This document shows positions 21,322 to 31,273 of a stretch of DNA of 64,000 nt, piece after piece. The translations under genes were made by a program, and so were the position numbers. The first letter of the stretch is position 1. Each line of letters starts with the position of its first letter. The notes beneath the pieces were generated by a model, which was given only the letters and a program-made list of their open reading frames with translations, searched no databases and was not told where the DNA came from. Source of the DNA: a virus; IMG/VR virus record IMGVR_UViG_3300045988_078601, positions 111,873-175,872 of that record. One strand, 5' to 3'.

Positions 21322-21873
21322 TTATCCTCTTTCGATTCCGAATACGAGATATGTTCCAACTCTCGAACTCTTAGAAGGAGTATAAGTAGCTTTGAAAGCA
21401 ATTGGTTCACCATCAACAACCTGCTTAGTATAGGTACAGATCAAATTACCTTTGAAGCCTTTGTCAGCATATAAAGACTTAGCAATTTCTTTAGCCTTAG
21501 CCTTAGTTTCATCAGTTTCTGCAATTACAGCACCAGTAGCTGCATCAATAAGCTGGTAAGTTGTTTTATATTTACGAGCACCCTGTTCGTTCTTTACATC
21601 GCAAATGCGATAAGGACGTTCACGAGTATCAGCAACGGCTGCTTCCTGTGTAATAACGAAGCCTACTCCAGCAACATTCTTAGATTTCTTAGCAAGATAG
21701 TCCAACATAAACTGTTTCTTGTCTGCATCAGTAACACCATTTACCTGTTTCTTCAACCAGATTTTGTATGCCTGAGTTGCATCACCCATAATGTCAAACG
21801 GAGCCTTTGCCAATGCTTCTTCTTTAGTTGTACCAACTACTTCCATTCTCTTAAAGTTCATAATTTGTGTCAT
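21322..21873 (-). CDS. hypothetical protein, probably highly expressed
   Basis: 183-aa ORF flanked by a promoter-like AT-rich 276-nt gap upstream and a strong terminator downstream. Confidence 0.45.
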   Translation of the reverse strand: MTQIMNFKRMEVVGTTKEEALAKAPFDIMGDATQAYKIWLKKQVNGVTDADKKQFMLDYLAKKSKNVAGVGFVITQEAAVADTRERPYRICDVKNEQGARKYKTTYQLIDAATGAVIAETDETKAKAKEIAKSLYADKGFKGNLICTYTKQVVDGEPIAFKATYTPSKSSRVGTYLVFGIERG

Positions 21874-21941
21874 AATTCAATAAAATTTAAAGGTTATAAT
21901 TTAAAACATTAATTCGTATTAACATCTTTCATCTCACATTA

Positions 21942-21972
21942 CAAAATTACTATTTTTTATCGAACCAACAAA
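21942..21972 (-). promoter_or_regulatory. Bacteroidetes-type promoter candidate (-33 TTTG / -7 TAnnTTTG)
   Basis: Minus strand reads TTTG-N19-TAATTTTG about 65 nt upstream of the ATG at 21873. Confidence 0.35.
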
Positions 21973-22149
21973 ATAATAACTAGTAAAAATCATCTTATTC
22001 CTCTAAATTCATTTATCTCCTCATCTCAAACTTGGTACTGCAAATATAGTTATATTTTGAAGTGACACAAACCTGAGAGAGTTACAATTCAGTTAAATAG
22101 TGTTAACTTATATATCTACACAAATCTATAGAACTTATCTACTAATATA

Positions 22150-22491
22150 TCAGAATGGCAACCACTTAGACAAAATTTCTTTTATCTTAGCAGGTATATT
22201 CTTATCATCAATTCCAAACGTAGGAAACTCGGTACATCCGTACGAAAAATCAGAGCAAATTACGGATAAACCCTTTATTTGATCTTCTGGAATTGTACCT
22301 TCGGACAACTTTCTTACTACCTGGTAATGAGTAACATCAGGCTTTTTTGCCTTAAGCTTCTCAGTAAGGTAGCAAATTAACGAAATCAATGCGAACTTAG
22401 TGTTTATATCAGTGTTCAAATATCCCATTGAAAAGTACTGATTGTATACACGTTGCATCTCTTCATACGGAGGGGTAGTAATTATATCCAT
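22150..22491 (-). CDS. hypothetical protein
   Basis: 113-aa ORF. Confidence 0.3.
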   Translation of the reverse strand: MDIITTPPYEEMQRVYNQYFSMGYLNTDINTKFALISLICYLTEKLKAKKPDVTHYQVVRKLSEGTIPEDQIKGLSVICSDFSYGCTEFPTFGIDDKNIPAKIKEILSKWLPF

Positions 22492-22492
22492 A

Positions 22493-23545
22493 TTAACTAA
22501 AACGATATCCTTTACTGTAATAGTGTGCAGCTAATCTAAGCAAGAACTTAAACTCGTTCCATCCTTTAGTAAAATCTGCTTTGTTCAAGGTATAGATTTT
22601 AGTGTAATAGTTTGGAATAGTAGAAACTACTAAGCAATTAGATATTACGGTACAGTTATCCATACCATAATACTTCTTAGCAATTAGGGACATTAACCAG
22701 CTATAAAGGGCTAACTCTCTGTGATAATGAAATCTCTCAAAATTGTTTCCAAACTCAGACACTAGTTTTCCTATAGTCTTTAAGTCATTAACAATTACTG
22801 AGTTAGTTTCAGAATCCACAGTGTAATTATCCAATTTAGCTTTTATCCTGAAAATAAACGGCTCGTATCCGGGAACATGTACTTCTACATCCAGCAAGAT
22901 AGCTTGCTCATTCTCCGAAACTGGGTCAGATAGAATCCCAGTTGGGTGTAATATTCGCTGAACTATTTTGTTAGATTCTAAAGCACGGACACAGCACAGG
23001 ACTCTTTCTCGACTTTTAGCATCAAGGTAGATAGGAGTAGAATGAAGCCCTTTAGACTCGTACTCCCTTCTAGCTTCCCAATACGGTAAGCACTTTGTCA
23101 TCAGTGTATTAATCTTATCGTTGTCTAGCCTTCCCTTATAGTAGTCAATTTTTTCTGAAGCAGCATACAAAGCCTTTTCTCTAGCCTTTGGACTACTATT
23201 CTTATTAGAAAATACTCTATATAATTCATCTGCCATAAATCCAGCTTTAGCAGTAGGTCTATCAACACTAGTGCATAGATGGAATAACTCGGGCTGAAGA
23301 ACTAATTCATGAACAGCACTTCCAAATACTAAAGAATCACTATACTTATTATGCTTACCTAATCCCTCAAAGAAGGCTTGGGGATCATTGTCTTGGCTGG
23401 GATTTAACAACGACAGTCGAGAATTGCTAATATAGCCATTATACCTTTCACTGAAATACTCTGAGTCATCAATCTTTTGAAGTCTCAGAGTATCCATTAA
23501 AGGTATTAGCTGTATATTATCCAGTAATTCCTTTCCTATAGTCAT
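22493..23545 (-). CDS. hypothetical protein (possible nuclease fold)
   Basis: 350 aa; weak D..E.K-like segment LDVEVH...FRIKAK; not diagnostic. Confidence 0.3.
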   Translation of the reverse strand: MTIGKELLDNIQLIPLMDTLRLQKIDDSEYFSERYNGYISNSRLSLLNPSQDNDPQAFFEGLGKHNKYSDSLVFGSAVHELVLQPELFHLCTSVDRPTAKAGFMADELYRVFSNKNSSPKAREKALYAASEKIDYYKGRLDNDKINTLMTKCLPYWEARREYESKGLHSTPIYLDAKSRERVLCCVRALESNKIVQRILHPTGILSDPVSENEQAILLDVEVHVPGYEPFIFRIKAKLDNYTVDSETNSVIVNDLKTIGKLVSEFGNNFERFHYHRELALYSWLMSLIAKKYYGMDNCTVISNCLVVSTIPNYYTKIYTLNKADFTKGWNEFKFLLRLAAHYYSKGYRFS

Positions 23546-24062
23546 CCACTAAATCTTTAAAGTAATCAAACATAGTATGACGGAAGAGGTCATAACACTC
23601 TTCTATCTCATTTTTGTCTAAGCTAAATATTCGTCCAACTGGACCCCATCTCTGATTATGTTTACCATCCATTAACAAACATGGAATACCATTCAGGTTA
23701 AGGTCAATGAAGTTGGAAATGCTATCATCGACAAATACATCAACTCTCCCTTTAATTCTAGGAGCTTTACTTGAAGTTTGGCATAATACCTGATAAATTG
23801 GGGCTAACGGCAGTCCGTTCTTTTCCAGGAATTGCCTTGACCATAACTTAGAGTGAACTCGTTTAGTACAATATAAAGTTGGATTGAAGTTAGGACGATG
23901 GATTACTGGAAGGTTCATCCAAAAGTCTCTATCCTTTATAAGTACTCTACTAACATTCTTAGTTATTTCGCAATCTCTTTTAGGTATACCAAACCTATCA
24001 AGATAAGGACCTAAGAAGTCACATACAGTGTCATCTAGGTCTAAACCAATCTTTAATATCAT
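23517..24062 (-). CDS. 5'(3')-deoxyribonucleotidase-like HAD hydrolase
   Basis: N-terminal IGLDLDDTVCDF (DxDxT) as in NT5C-family deoxyribonucleotidases; 181 aa. Confidence 0.5.
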   Translation of the reverse strand: MILKIGLDLDDTVCDFLGPYLDRFGIPKRDCEITKNVSRVLIKDRDFWMNLPVIHRPNFNPTLYCTKRVHSKLWSRQFLEKNGLPLAPIYQVLCQTSSKAPRIKGRVDVFVDDSISNFIDLNLNGIPCLLMDGKHNQRWGPVGRIFSLDKNEIEECYDLFRHTMFDYFKDLVDDYRKGITG

Positions 24063-24269
24063 AATTCTTCTACATCTGTAATTTTTCCAATTAGAATATC
24101 CTGATCCCTTAAATCATTTACAAAGTCATGATAGGAAACTTCGTTAGAATAATCCGAAAACTTCTCCATTAGCTTGTCCTGACAGTCCGTGAATGATCGC
24201 GCAACAATCTCCTCATTGTATATCTTAGACTTAGAGACAAAGCATACTGGAACAATATACTTACTCATG

Positions 24270-24806
24270 TTACTTGTTGTGATAATTACTTAATAGCTTA
24301 TAAAAAAAGTCTACGTCTATAACTGCAACCGTTCCTTTACTATTTTCCCCAGCTTGTGCTGCTTTTTTCCAGATTAGTACAAAATCCCTAGGGTCAGTGC
24401 ACTCTGCCTTAATGTCAAAATAGTTGGGGAATTTAGCGCAATGCTTAGCCTGTATCGCTACTTCAAGCTCTCCAGACGGGTCCGCAATGTCTACTTTATT
24501 GTTATCAAGTCTCTTAGATTCTCCAGCCGAACGGCATACTTCTGAGTACCCAAGCTCTTTTAACCTTTCAACAATATCATATTCAAGGTCACGTCCCTTA
24601 TTCTTAGATTTCTTAGCTCTATAGTATCTTATAGTGTAATCGTCCAACCATTCAAAGGTCGTTCCATCTTTACCACTTGTTCCAGGTTTATTGCATCTTA
24701 TTTTTATTGCAGCTGTTGAAATGCCTGTATCTTCACTAGCCTCTTCAATAGAAGGAAAGTCTTTGGTGGTTCCGTTCTTAAAGGTAGCTCTACAAGCAGT
24801 ATTCAA
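24270..24806 (-). CDS. Holliday-junction resolvase Hjc-like (restriction-endonuclease fold)
   Basis: EYDIVERLKELGYSEVCRSAGESKRLDNNKVDIAD...LEVAIQAK resembles archaeal Hjc core (E-R..G..V.RS.GS...D..). Confidence 0.45.
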   Translation of the reverse strand: MNTACRATFKNGTTKDFPSIEEASEDTGISTAAIKIRCNKPGTSGKDGTTFEWLDDYTIRYYRAKKSKNKGRDLEYDIVERLKELGYSEVCRSAGESKRLDNNKVDIADPSGELEVAIQAKHCAKFPNYFDIKAECTDPRDFVLIWKKAAQAGENSKGTVAVIDVDFFYKLLSNYHNK

Positions 24807-25813
24807 CTCTTTCTATATTCTTTTAGCCATAATACAAAGTTTTTAATTAAATTTAAAGTTTCTTTCCTCCCATGATCTTTATAAAAATCAGAAATATCTT
24901 TGCTTCCATACTGTTTAGGTATTGACACGTATATCAACTCCGGATGATCTCTTCTAATTTTAGCCATGTTATGTAATCCAGGTCTATCGTTATCGTAGAA
25001 GACTACTATGTGATTAAATCTAGACTTTAATTCGTCTAACATAGCGTCAGATATAAACAGGTTTTCACTATTAGGAGCACATGCTGTGATGCCACATGAA
25101 TACAGACACATAGTGTCTTTCATAGATTTCGTAATTACAAGCAATTTCCCTGTCTTTGGTAGTTGGTCGTAACCTTGAATCTTCTTACTAGGCCAGTTAG
25201 TTATAAATCTAAAGGAGGTGCGTTTAGGGAAATAACATCTCCATAGCTCTAGCCCTTGATACTTTTTTCCATAATATCCAAATATTGGACAGTGTTGCTG
25301 TGACTTAGCAAATAATTCTCCATTAAGGAAAACGTGTTTACAGGAATACACATTAAACTTTTTCAAGATTTCAGGAGTTATTCCATACTTTCCCCACCAT
25401 TTAAGTTCTAAGTCTGTAAAGTCCTGAACTTCAACTTGAATTCTGGACATTTCCTTATCACTAATCTTAGTAGGGTTTTCATTAACCTTACCAGGATTCT
25501 TATGAAGAGTCTTATCTCGTACAATTCCCATATCGTTGGCAATAATCCTCAAGGCTTCGTGATAATCGCATTTAAAAATTTCTTGAACTACCCCAAATAC
25601 ATTGAGATGTTGTCCGGTTGCAAAATCCTTAAAAATTAAAGTACCTGAGCCGTTTCTATAGAAACTACAGGTAGGTTGTTTATCTCTTCTAAGAGGAGAT
25701 CTGAACAACCCCTTCTTTACAGGGAGGTGTAAATAGTACTCCATAAGCTGCTCTTCAGAGAATCTCGATAAAATTAACTCTTTTGAGATTTTAGGTTTAA
25801 ACGAGAAATCCAT
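24803..25813 (-). CDS. DNA primase (TOPRIM domain, DnaG/T7 gp4-like)
   Basis: TOPRIM motif VVFYDNDRPG; 336 aa; located in the replication module upstream of the helicases. Confidence 0.5.
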   Translation of the reverse strand: MDFSFKPKISKELILSRFSEEQLMEYYLHLPVKKGLFRSPLRRDKQPTCSFYRNGSGTLIFKDFATGQHLNVFGVVQEIFKCDYHEALRIIANDMGIVRDKTLHKNPGKVNENPTKISDKEMSRIQVEVQDFTDLELKWWGKYGITPEILKKFNVYSCKHVFLNGELFAKSQQHCPIFGYYGKKYQGLELWRCYFPKRTSFRFITNWPSKKIQGYDQLPKTGKLLVITKSMKDTMCLYSCGITACAPNSENLFISDAMLDELKSRFNHIVVFYDNDRPGLHNMAKIRRDHPELIYVSIPKQYGSKDISDFYKDHGRKETLNLIKNFVLWLKEYRKS

Positions 25814-25860
25814 ATTTACACTTCATTTAAATTAAGATATAAATTTAATAAATTTCTAGT

Positions 25861-25903
25861 AAAAACCAAAAACAGAGTCACTAGGATATTTACCCTGTGA
25901 CTC
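25861..25903 (-). terminator. rho-independent terminator downstream of 25915..26619
   Basis: Minus-strand hairpin AGAGTCAC-N15-GTGACTCT followed by GTTTTTGGTTTTT. Confidence 0.5.
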
Positions 25904-25914
25904 TAATATGTTGA

Positions 25915-26619
25915 TTAAAGTAGTGCATTAAAGTCAATATCTTCAGAACCTCCAGAAATACCATCAACATTTGCTGCTATGGCAGAATTAGCTGCACTCA
26001 TGTCTGTAGGTTTAGCGTTGGCATACTCAGCTTTCTTAGTTTCCTCATAAGCAGAGAAGAACAATTTGTCTCCAAGGAAGTTGTCGCAGGTGAACTTTTC
26101 ACCATTCTTATTAATAGCAACAAACTTCGGAAGACTAGCTACAACGCTTCCATTCTGGGTTCTTCCAACTAACTTCAGATGGGTTTCCTTACCCTTAGCC
26201 GGATCGGTGATTTTAATAAATGCCTTCACTACATCGTCAAAAGACTTAAACATAGTACTAGCGTCTTGCATCTTCTTAAATCCTGTTGGATTAAGAACTT
26301 CTGCAACTTGAGCTATAAAGGTCATAGTTCTATCAAAAGAGGAAGCCCCCTGATATTCATGACCATCCTTACTTGTATATGTAGGACGTTCATCATCACC
26401 AGCCTTAGGATAGAAGATAGATTCCTCGTAATACCCATCCTCTCCCTCGAAACGGACTTTCAATATATCGTATACCGCATTAGGGTCTTTCTTACCGTTA
26501 ATAGTTTCCTTACGAGCACCTGCAAATTTTACAGGATAAATTCCCCATGGTTTAAGACGTTGCTGTACGTTAGATGTTGCTTGAGTTGTTGCTAAAGATC
26601 CAAAATTAAATTCTGACAT
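25915..26619 (-). CDS. single-stranded DNA-binding protein-like
   Basis: 234 aa; acidic C-terminal tail SEDIDFNALL resembling SSB D-I-P-F tails; replication-module context. Confidence 0.4.
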   Translation of the reverse strand: MSEFNFGSLATTQATSNVQQRLKPWGIYPVKFAGARKETINGKKDPNAVYDILKVRFEGEDGYYEESIFYPKAGDDERPTYTSKDGHEYQGASSFDRTMTFIAQVAEVLNPTGFKKMQDASTMFKSFDDVVKAFIKITDPAKGKETHLKLVGRTQNGSVVASLPKFVAINKNGEKFTCDNFLGDKLFFSAYEETKKAEYANAKPTDMSAANSAIAANVDGISGGSEDIDFNALL

Positions 26620-26632
26620 ATTAAATTATAAA

Positions 26633-27253
26633 TTAGAGTTTGAAAAAGCTTGAATCTACTTCTGTAATATTCGCATCTTGATCATCTACTAACTCACTTA
26701 AATCTAAGTCAAAAGGAATGTTTTCACCTTCCTCTCCTTCTACTTTAACATTATCATCTCCAACTAATTGATCTATCTGTTTCTCTCCGGAATGTAATAT
26801 AAAGAGTCCATCCTTATTAGGATGTGGAACTAGGGTAAACTCTGTTCCATGCTTTGCAAGCTCTTCTCTGTTACCTCCTCTACAAGCTACCGTATTTGAT
26901 TTAGTTAGCTTATTTCCAGAGCTTATACCAAATGCTGTATTCGTTCCGATAACTGGAACTGACCCAGATTTACCATCCTCGTATTTTATTACAAGTTTAG
27001 AATCTTCATCAAGTCCCATTAAAGAAACTGCAGCACTAGTCAACCGATACTTGTTTTCCTCAAGTATCAGTTTAGGCTCTTCTCCATCATCTTGTACAGT
27101 CTTTTTCTTAGGAGTTTTCACTACTTTTAAATCAGACTTACCAATACTTCTATCAATAAGTCTGGTTTCTAAAATCTCACCTGTGTCTATATTAACAGAC
27201 ATTTCATAAGTAAGACTCACCGTAAAGGTTTCTTTTTGTATAGTGTCAGCCAT
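26633..27253 (-). CDS. hypothetical protein
   Basis: 206-aa ORF. Confidence 0.3.
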   Translation of the reverse strand: MADTIQKETFTVSLTYEMSVNIDTGEILETRLIDRSIGKSDLKVVKTPKKKTVQDDGEEPKLILEENKYRLTSAAVSLMGLDEDSKLVIKYEDGKSGSVPVIGTNTAFGISSGNKLTKSNTVACRGGNREELAKHGTEFTLVPHPNKDGLFILHSGEKQIDQLVGDDNVKVEGEEGENIPFDLDLSELVDDQDANITEVDSSFFKL

Positions 27254-27945
27254 TAGTCTTCCTCGTTATATTCTTTAATGCGTTTTACAACATAATCTAA
27301 ATCGTTATCAATATAGATCTCATTAAACAATCCCATAGGAGTCTTAGCTGTACATGTACCATCAGAATTAGTGATAAATTTATAAGACGGTCTATTGTCA
27401 TCGTCACGTTGGATAGTAGTAAACAATACATATGTAAACAAACCTTCCAAAGTGATAACAGAATCCAACATTTTACCCAATGTCTTCATCTTATAATATG
27501 GAGTAACTCTGTCTCCCATATTTTCACTATGAGTCAAGACTATAATATTCAAGTCAGGTCTCATATTCATAGCTGCCTTTAAAACTTGATAGGCATGTTG
27601 AGCCATATCAGTAAATTTATCATAACTCTTTTCTTTTGCTCTATCCATTGCTTCAAAGCCCATAACATACTGATAGTCATCAATAATGACATTCGTAATC
27701 TCTGGCATCTTCTTATCAATTATTTGGAGCACTTTTGCAATTTGATCAACATTACTAGAAGCGAAGAAATTTCCAACTATCTTTCCATCTTGCACAGAGA
27801 AATTAGGATACTTTTTATTAGCACCCTTGATTCCCGGACGTTTACCAGTCGTAGAGATAATAAATGTCTTAGACGGGTCTAGATTTCTGATAGATGTAGT
27901 TTTTCCACTTCCACTTTCACCAACAATCGCTATTAGTTCTGCCAT
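27253..27945 (-). CDS. RecA-like P-loop ATPase (AAA_24/Sak4-like)
   Basis: N-terminal Walker A GESGSGKTT; Walker B VIIDDY; ~230 aa. Confidence 0.45.
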   Translation of the reverse strand: MAELIAIVGESGSGKTTSIRNLDPSKTFIISTTGKRPGIKGANKKYPNFSVQDGKIVGNFFASSNVDQIAKVLQIIDKKMPEITNVIIDDYQYVMGFEAMDRAKEKSYDKFTDMAQHAYQVLKAAMNMRPDLNIIVLTHSENMGDRVTPYYKMKTLGKMLDSVITLEGLFTYVLFTTIQRDDDNRPSYKFITNSDGTCTAKTPMGLFNEIYIDNDLDYVVKRIKEYNEED

Positions 27946-29039
27946 TATAATATAAATTTAGATTTTTGATTAGTATGCACATCATCTTCTATCTTTATAT
28001 TATCTTCACTCGGATTTAATAGCCAATCCGAGTCACTATATTTTTCATAATCATAAATCTCTTCGGGTCTTGGTAACTCAGCAAAATAACCTGTTCTACC
28101 GTAGAAGGCACAACCCACTTCTACATCGGCTTCACCATATCGGTTCTTTAAAACAGTAATAACTCTAAAATTCTGCTGCAAGGCCCTAATATCATACCCT
28201 CTATAGCTTGTTAGCTTTTCTCTGTGAGGGTTAAATATCGAGATAATTACTTCACTATCTTGAGCTGGAGCTCCAGTATCCTTAGTATCGTCAATCCTAA
28301 GATTATTCAAACCTTCCTTTCTTCTATCCATAGAGGTAGAACTTCTATTAGCCTGCATGATAACAACCGGACTAATTTTACACATATTTCTAAGTGTAAC
28401 TAGATAAGACGAAATTAAATCCATCTCCTCCTTCAATGTTCTACCATTAGACCTTCTGGCTAAAGACAAGTGGTCAATGATTACTAAGTGTACAAGATTC
28501 TCATTTTTTGGAGTATATATCTTTCTATTGTCTAACTCTTCAAAGGTACCTTCCATCTCTAGCTCTTTCATCAGAGTTGAATACAACCCCTCAGCACTAA
28601 GAGATTTATCGTAGATTTTCACTACATTTTCTACCTTATGGAGCCACGGAAGACATTCTAGGACAATCTGATAGTTTTCATCGTTAAGCTTATAACCCTT
28701 TTTTCTAGATAAGAGCTCTTTAACAGATAACTCTACATGATACTTCTCGAAGATATAAATACTTAATAATTTAGCATATAGCATCTCCGCAGACATCTCC
28801 AAAGAGAAATAAGTTACTTTGAAATTCCCATCATCTAAGTGTTCCATTAATGGTTTATAAATATAGGAATATATGACTAATGAAGTCTTTCCTGAACCAG
28901 TAGGTGAAAACACTAGAGTATATGTAGATTGAGTTACTCCATCAATCACTTCTTCTAGTTTAGGTAATCCCATGGCATAGCCCCAGTTTTTACCTTCCCT
29001 ACCAAAAGTAATTTGATGCATAAGAGAGTTTGTAATCAT
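27945..29039 (-). CDS. DnaB-family replicative helicase (C-terminal RecA-like domain)
   Basis: Walker A SPTGSGKTS; DnaB H1a-like FSLEMS; Walker B LVIIDHLS. Confidence 0.7.
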   Translation of the reverse strand: MITNSLMHQITFGREGKNWGYAMGLPKLEEVIDGVTQSTYTLVFSPTGSGKTSLVIYSYIYKPLMEHLDDGNFKVTYFSLEMSAEMLYAKLLSIYIFEKYHVELSVKELLSRKKGYKLNDENYQIVLECLPWLHKVENVVKIYDKSLSAEGLYSTLMKELEMEGTFEELDNRKIYTPKNENLVHLVIIDHLSLARRSNGRTLKEEMDLISSYLVTLRNMCKISPVVIMQANRSSTSMDRRKEGLNNLRIDDTKDTGAPAQDSEVIISIFNPHREKLTSYRGYDIRALQQNFRVITVLKNRYGEADVEVGCAFYGRTGYFAELPRPEEIYDYEKYSDSDWLLNPSEDNIKIEDDVHTNQKSKFIL

Positions 29040-29650
29040 AGCATTTTAATGGATTCATAGTTAATATTACCTTCTCCATCTTTCAATGCTTCTAATTCTA
29101 GCCATCTATGGTCTACGATAAAGCTAGCTAGAGTATAGTTAATGATGTTGTGTTCTCTTGCCCATTTAACTAACTCTATAATATGATTATGACGTTCAGG
29201 ATTCCATCCAATACTTCTTCCATATTTGAAATAAGCATCTTCCAATGAGTCAAACTTTTTACTAATAGACCTTAAGCCGACAACATTACCCTGAACCGAT
29301 CCAAATTGTGGATACTCCGTAAAGAGTTCCTTTCCAAGTTCGAAAGAACATTTATAAAGAGTCTTAATAAAACTCTTATTAAATGGGATAGAGTATGGAT
29401 CGAATGCCTCTCCTTCCTTTGGAACTTTATATGATTTTAAAATGATTCCTTTCTCTTGTAAACTAAGTAGCCCATCTCTTAGTTTTACTCCACAATTATA
29501 GAGTACTTCTATATATGTCTTAAACAGATCTTCGTTTTCCTCATCTTGTAGTAATAACAAAGTCTTAACAAGCATGAGTTCATTTGGAGTAATCCTATAT
29601 TTGTTTAGGACGGCTACCTCTTCTTCCAGATTGAGTGTTAAATTTTTCAA
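29036..29650 (-). CDS. hypothetical protein
   Basis: 204 aa; 4-nt overlap with helicase. Confidence 0.3.
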   Translation of the reverse strand: MKNLTLNLEEEVAVLNKYRITPNELMLVKTLLLLQDEENEDLFKTYIEVLYNCGVKLRDGLLSLQEKGIILKSYKVPKEGEAFDPYSIPFNKSFIKTLYKCSFELGKELFTEYPQFGSVQGNVVGLRSISKKFDSLEDAYFKYGRSIGWNPERHNHIIELVKWAREHNIINYTLASFIVDHRWLELEALKDGEGNINYESIKML

Positions 29651-29903
29651 GCAGTTTACAGTTAGTGTTGTAAAAACTATATATCTGTAAACTGTAATAG
29701 TGTATTACTCTTTCGAGTTGTTATCAATTACATACGGACTTAGGAACTCCTCCATCAAGACTTTATACCTTTCATAAATTTTATCATAATCATACTCTTT
29801 TCCGTTTAGCCTTATTATTTTTCTATTCCTAGTATCGCAATAGTAGTCTCTTAAAACATGGCTTAACAGAAGTAGTTCCGACATTTTTTCTTCTATCATA
29901 CTC

Positions 29904-31184
29904 TTAATACCTAAAAGTAAAATCTTTTATCTTCTTGGTATAGGGCTTAGGGGTTCTGCCAGCTAAAACATCCTCTAATCCTTGCTCATCAATAGTGATG
30001 ATATTATCAGAGTTATTACTCTTTCTAAACCAATCGCATTCTACAGTTTGGTCTATAACCAGAGTAAATATTTCTGCTTGCTTGTTACCTTCCTTTCGAG
30101 CTACTCTCCCTATTCTCTGAGTTTTACGTATCTTAGATGAATCTAGTCCTAAGATTATCGCAACAGATAATCCAGGAACATCTAGCCCCTCATCAGCTTT
30201 TCTGACTGTATGTAACACACCGCCACTAAGTGAACTGAATTCTTCAATTGTCATCCTGCCTTTCTTTTTACTGTCCTTTCCAGAGAATACCTTCCCTCCC
30301 ATACCTATGGACTCTGCCATCTTTATGTTATTAGAGAAAGTAATAATCTTAGAACTTTGCCTTGCATTTATGATTTTTCTAGCAATTTCGATTTTCTTAG
30401 GATGATTATTTATAAAATCTTTCCTGGCATGAATAACACGCATAAAGGCAGTGGCATGATAAGTTATTTGTTTAAACATTTCCTTCTTTTGCTCTGGAGT
30501 CCCATTAGGGCACATCTGATCGCGAAGTGCTGCTCTAAACCTAAAACCATCTTTACCAATGCAATGCATTACTCTATTCCAGTCAAAATTAAAGAATTCG
30601 AAGTGTTCTGTATATTCTTTTTCAAGCTCTTTATATTCACTGATGTTTTCCACATCGAGAATTACCTGATACTCTTTATAATCAGAAATCCAGCCCTGAA
30701 ATTGCGCTTCCAATAAGGTAATTTCATCAATTACTGGGCAGTACTTCTTAAGTAATACATGTTTTCCATCAAGTCTCTCAAAAGTGGCAGTTAACCCTAA
30801 TATATATCTGTAACCTACAGTTTCAAATACATGTCTTAGGGTATCTGCTGCAACCCGATGAATCTCATCAATCACAAGAACATCACACTTAAAATTGTTT
30901 TTTATGGCGGTGTTTACCACTATCACTTCACAGCTTAATGATAAACCGTTACTATCTATTATACTATACCACTGTTCTCGAAGAGCAGTGGTAGGTACAA
31001 TGATTATGACTTTTAACTCCGGGTATTTGTCTAATACTGTCTTGATACAGTTTAAGCCAACCCTAGTCTTTCCAAAGCCAGTTGAGGCCACAATAGTCCC
31101 TTTACATTTATTAAGAATCCATTTTCGACGGCATTCTTCCTGACGCTCGTCTCTGGACATCTTTTTAAAGATAGGTTCCTGCAC
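29904..31184 (-). CDS. SF2 DEAD/DEAH-box helicase (UvsW/Res-subunit-like)
   Basis: Motif I ASTGFGKTRV, motif II VLVIDEIH, motif III LGLTATF. Confidence 0.75.
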   Translation of the reverse strand: MQEPIFKKMSRDERQEECRRKWILNKCKGTIVASTGFGKTRVGLNCIKTVLDKYPELKVIIIVPTTALREQWYSIIDSNGLSLSCEVIVVNTAIKNNFKCDVLVIDEIHRVAADTLRHVFETVGYRYILGLTATFERLDGKHVLLKKYCPVIDEITLLEAQFQGWISDYKEYQVILDVENISEYKELEKEYTEHFEFFNFDWNRVMHCIGKDGFRFRAALRDQMCPNGTPEQKKEMFKQITYHATAFMRVIHARKDFINNHPKKIEIARKIINARQSSKIITFSNNIKMAESIGMGGKVFSGKDSKKKGRMTIEEFSSLSGGVLHTVRKADEGLDVPGLSVAIILGLDSSKIRKTQRIGRVARKEGNKQAEIFTLVIDQTVECDWFRKSNNSDNIITIDEQGLEDVLAGRTPKPYTKKIKDFTFRY

Positions 31185-31273
31185 AATTCAATAATATGTA
31201 TAGTAACGCTGAATAGTTATCTATAGGTATATCATTTAAATTATGACAGTTTAATACAAAGTCTAAGAAGAGT

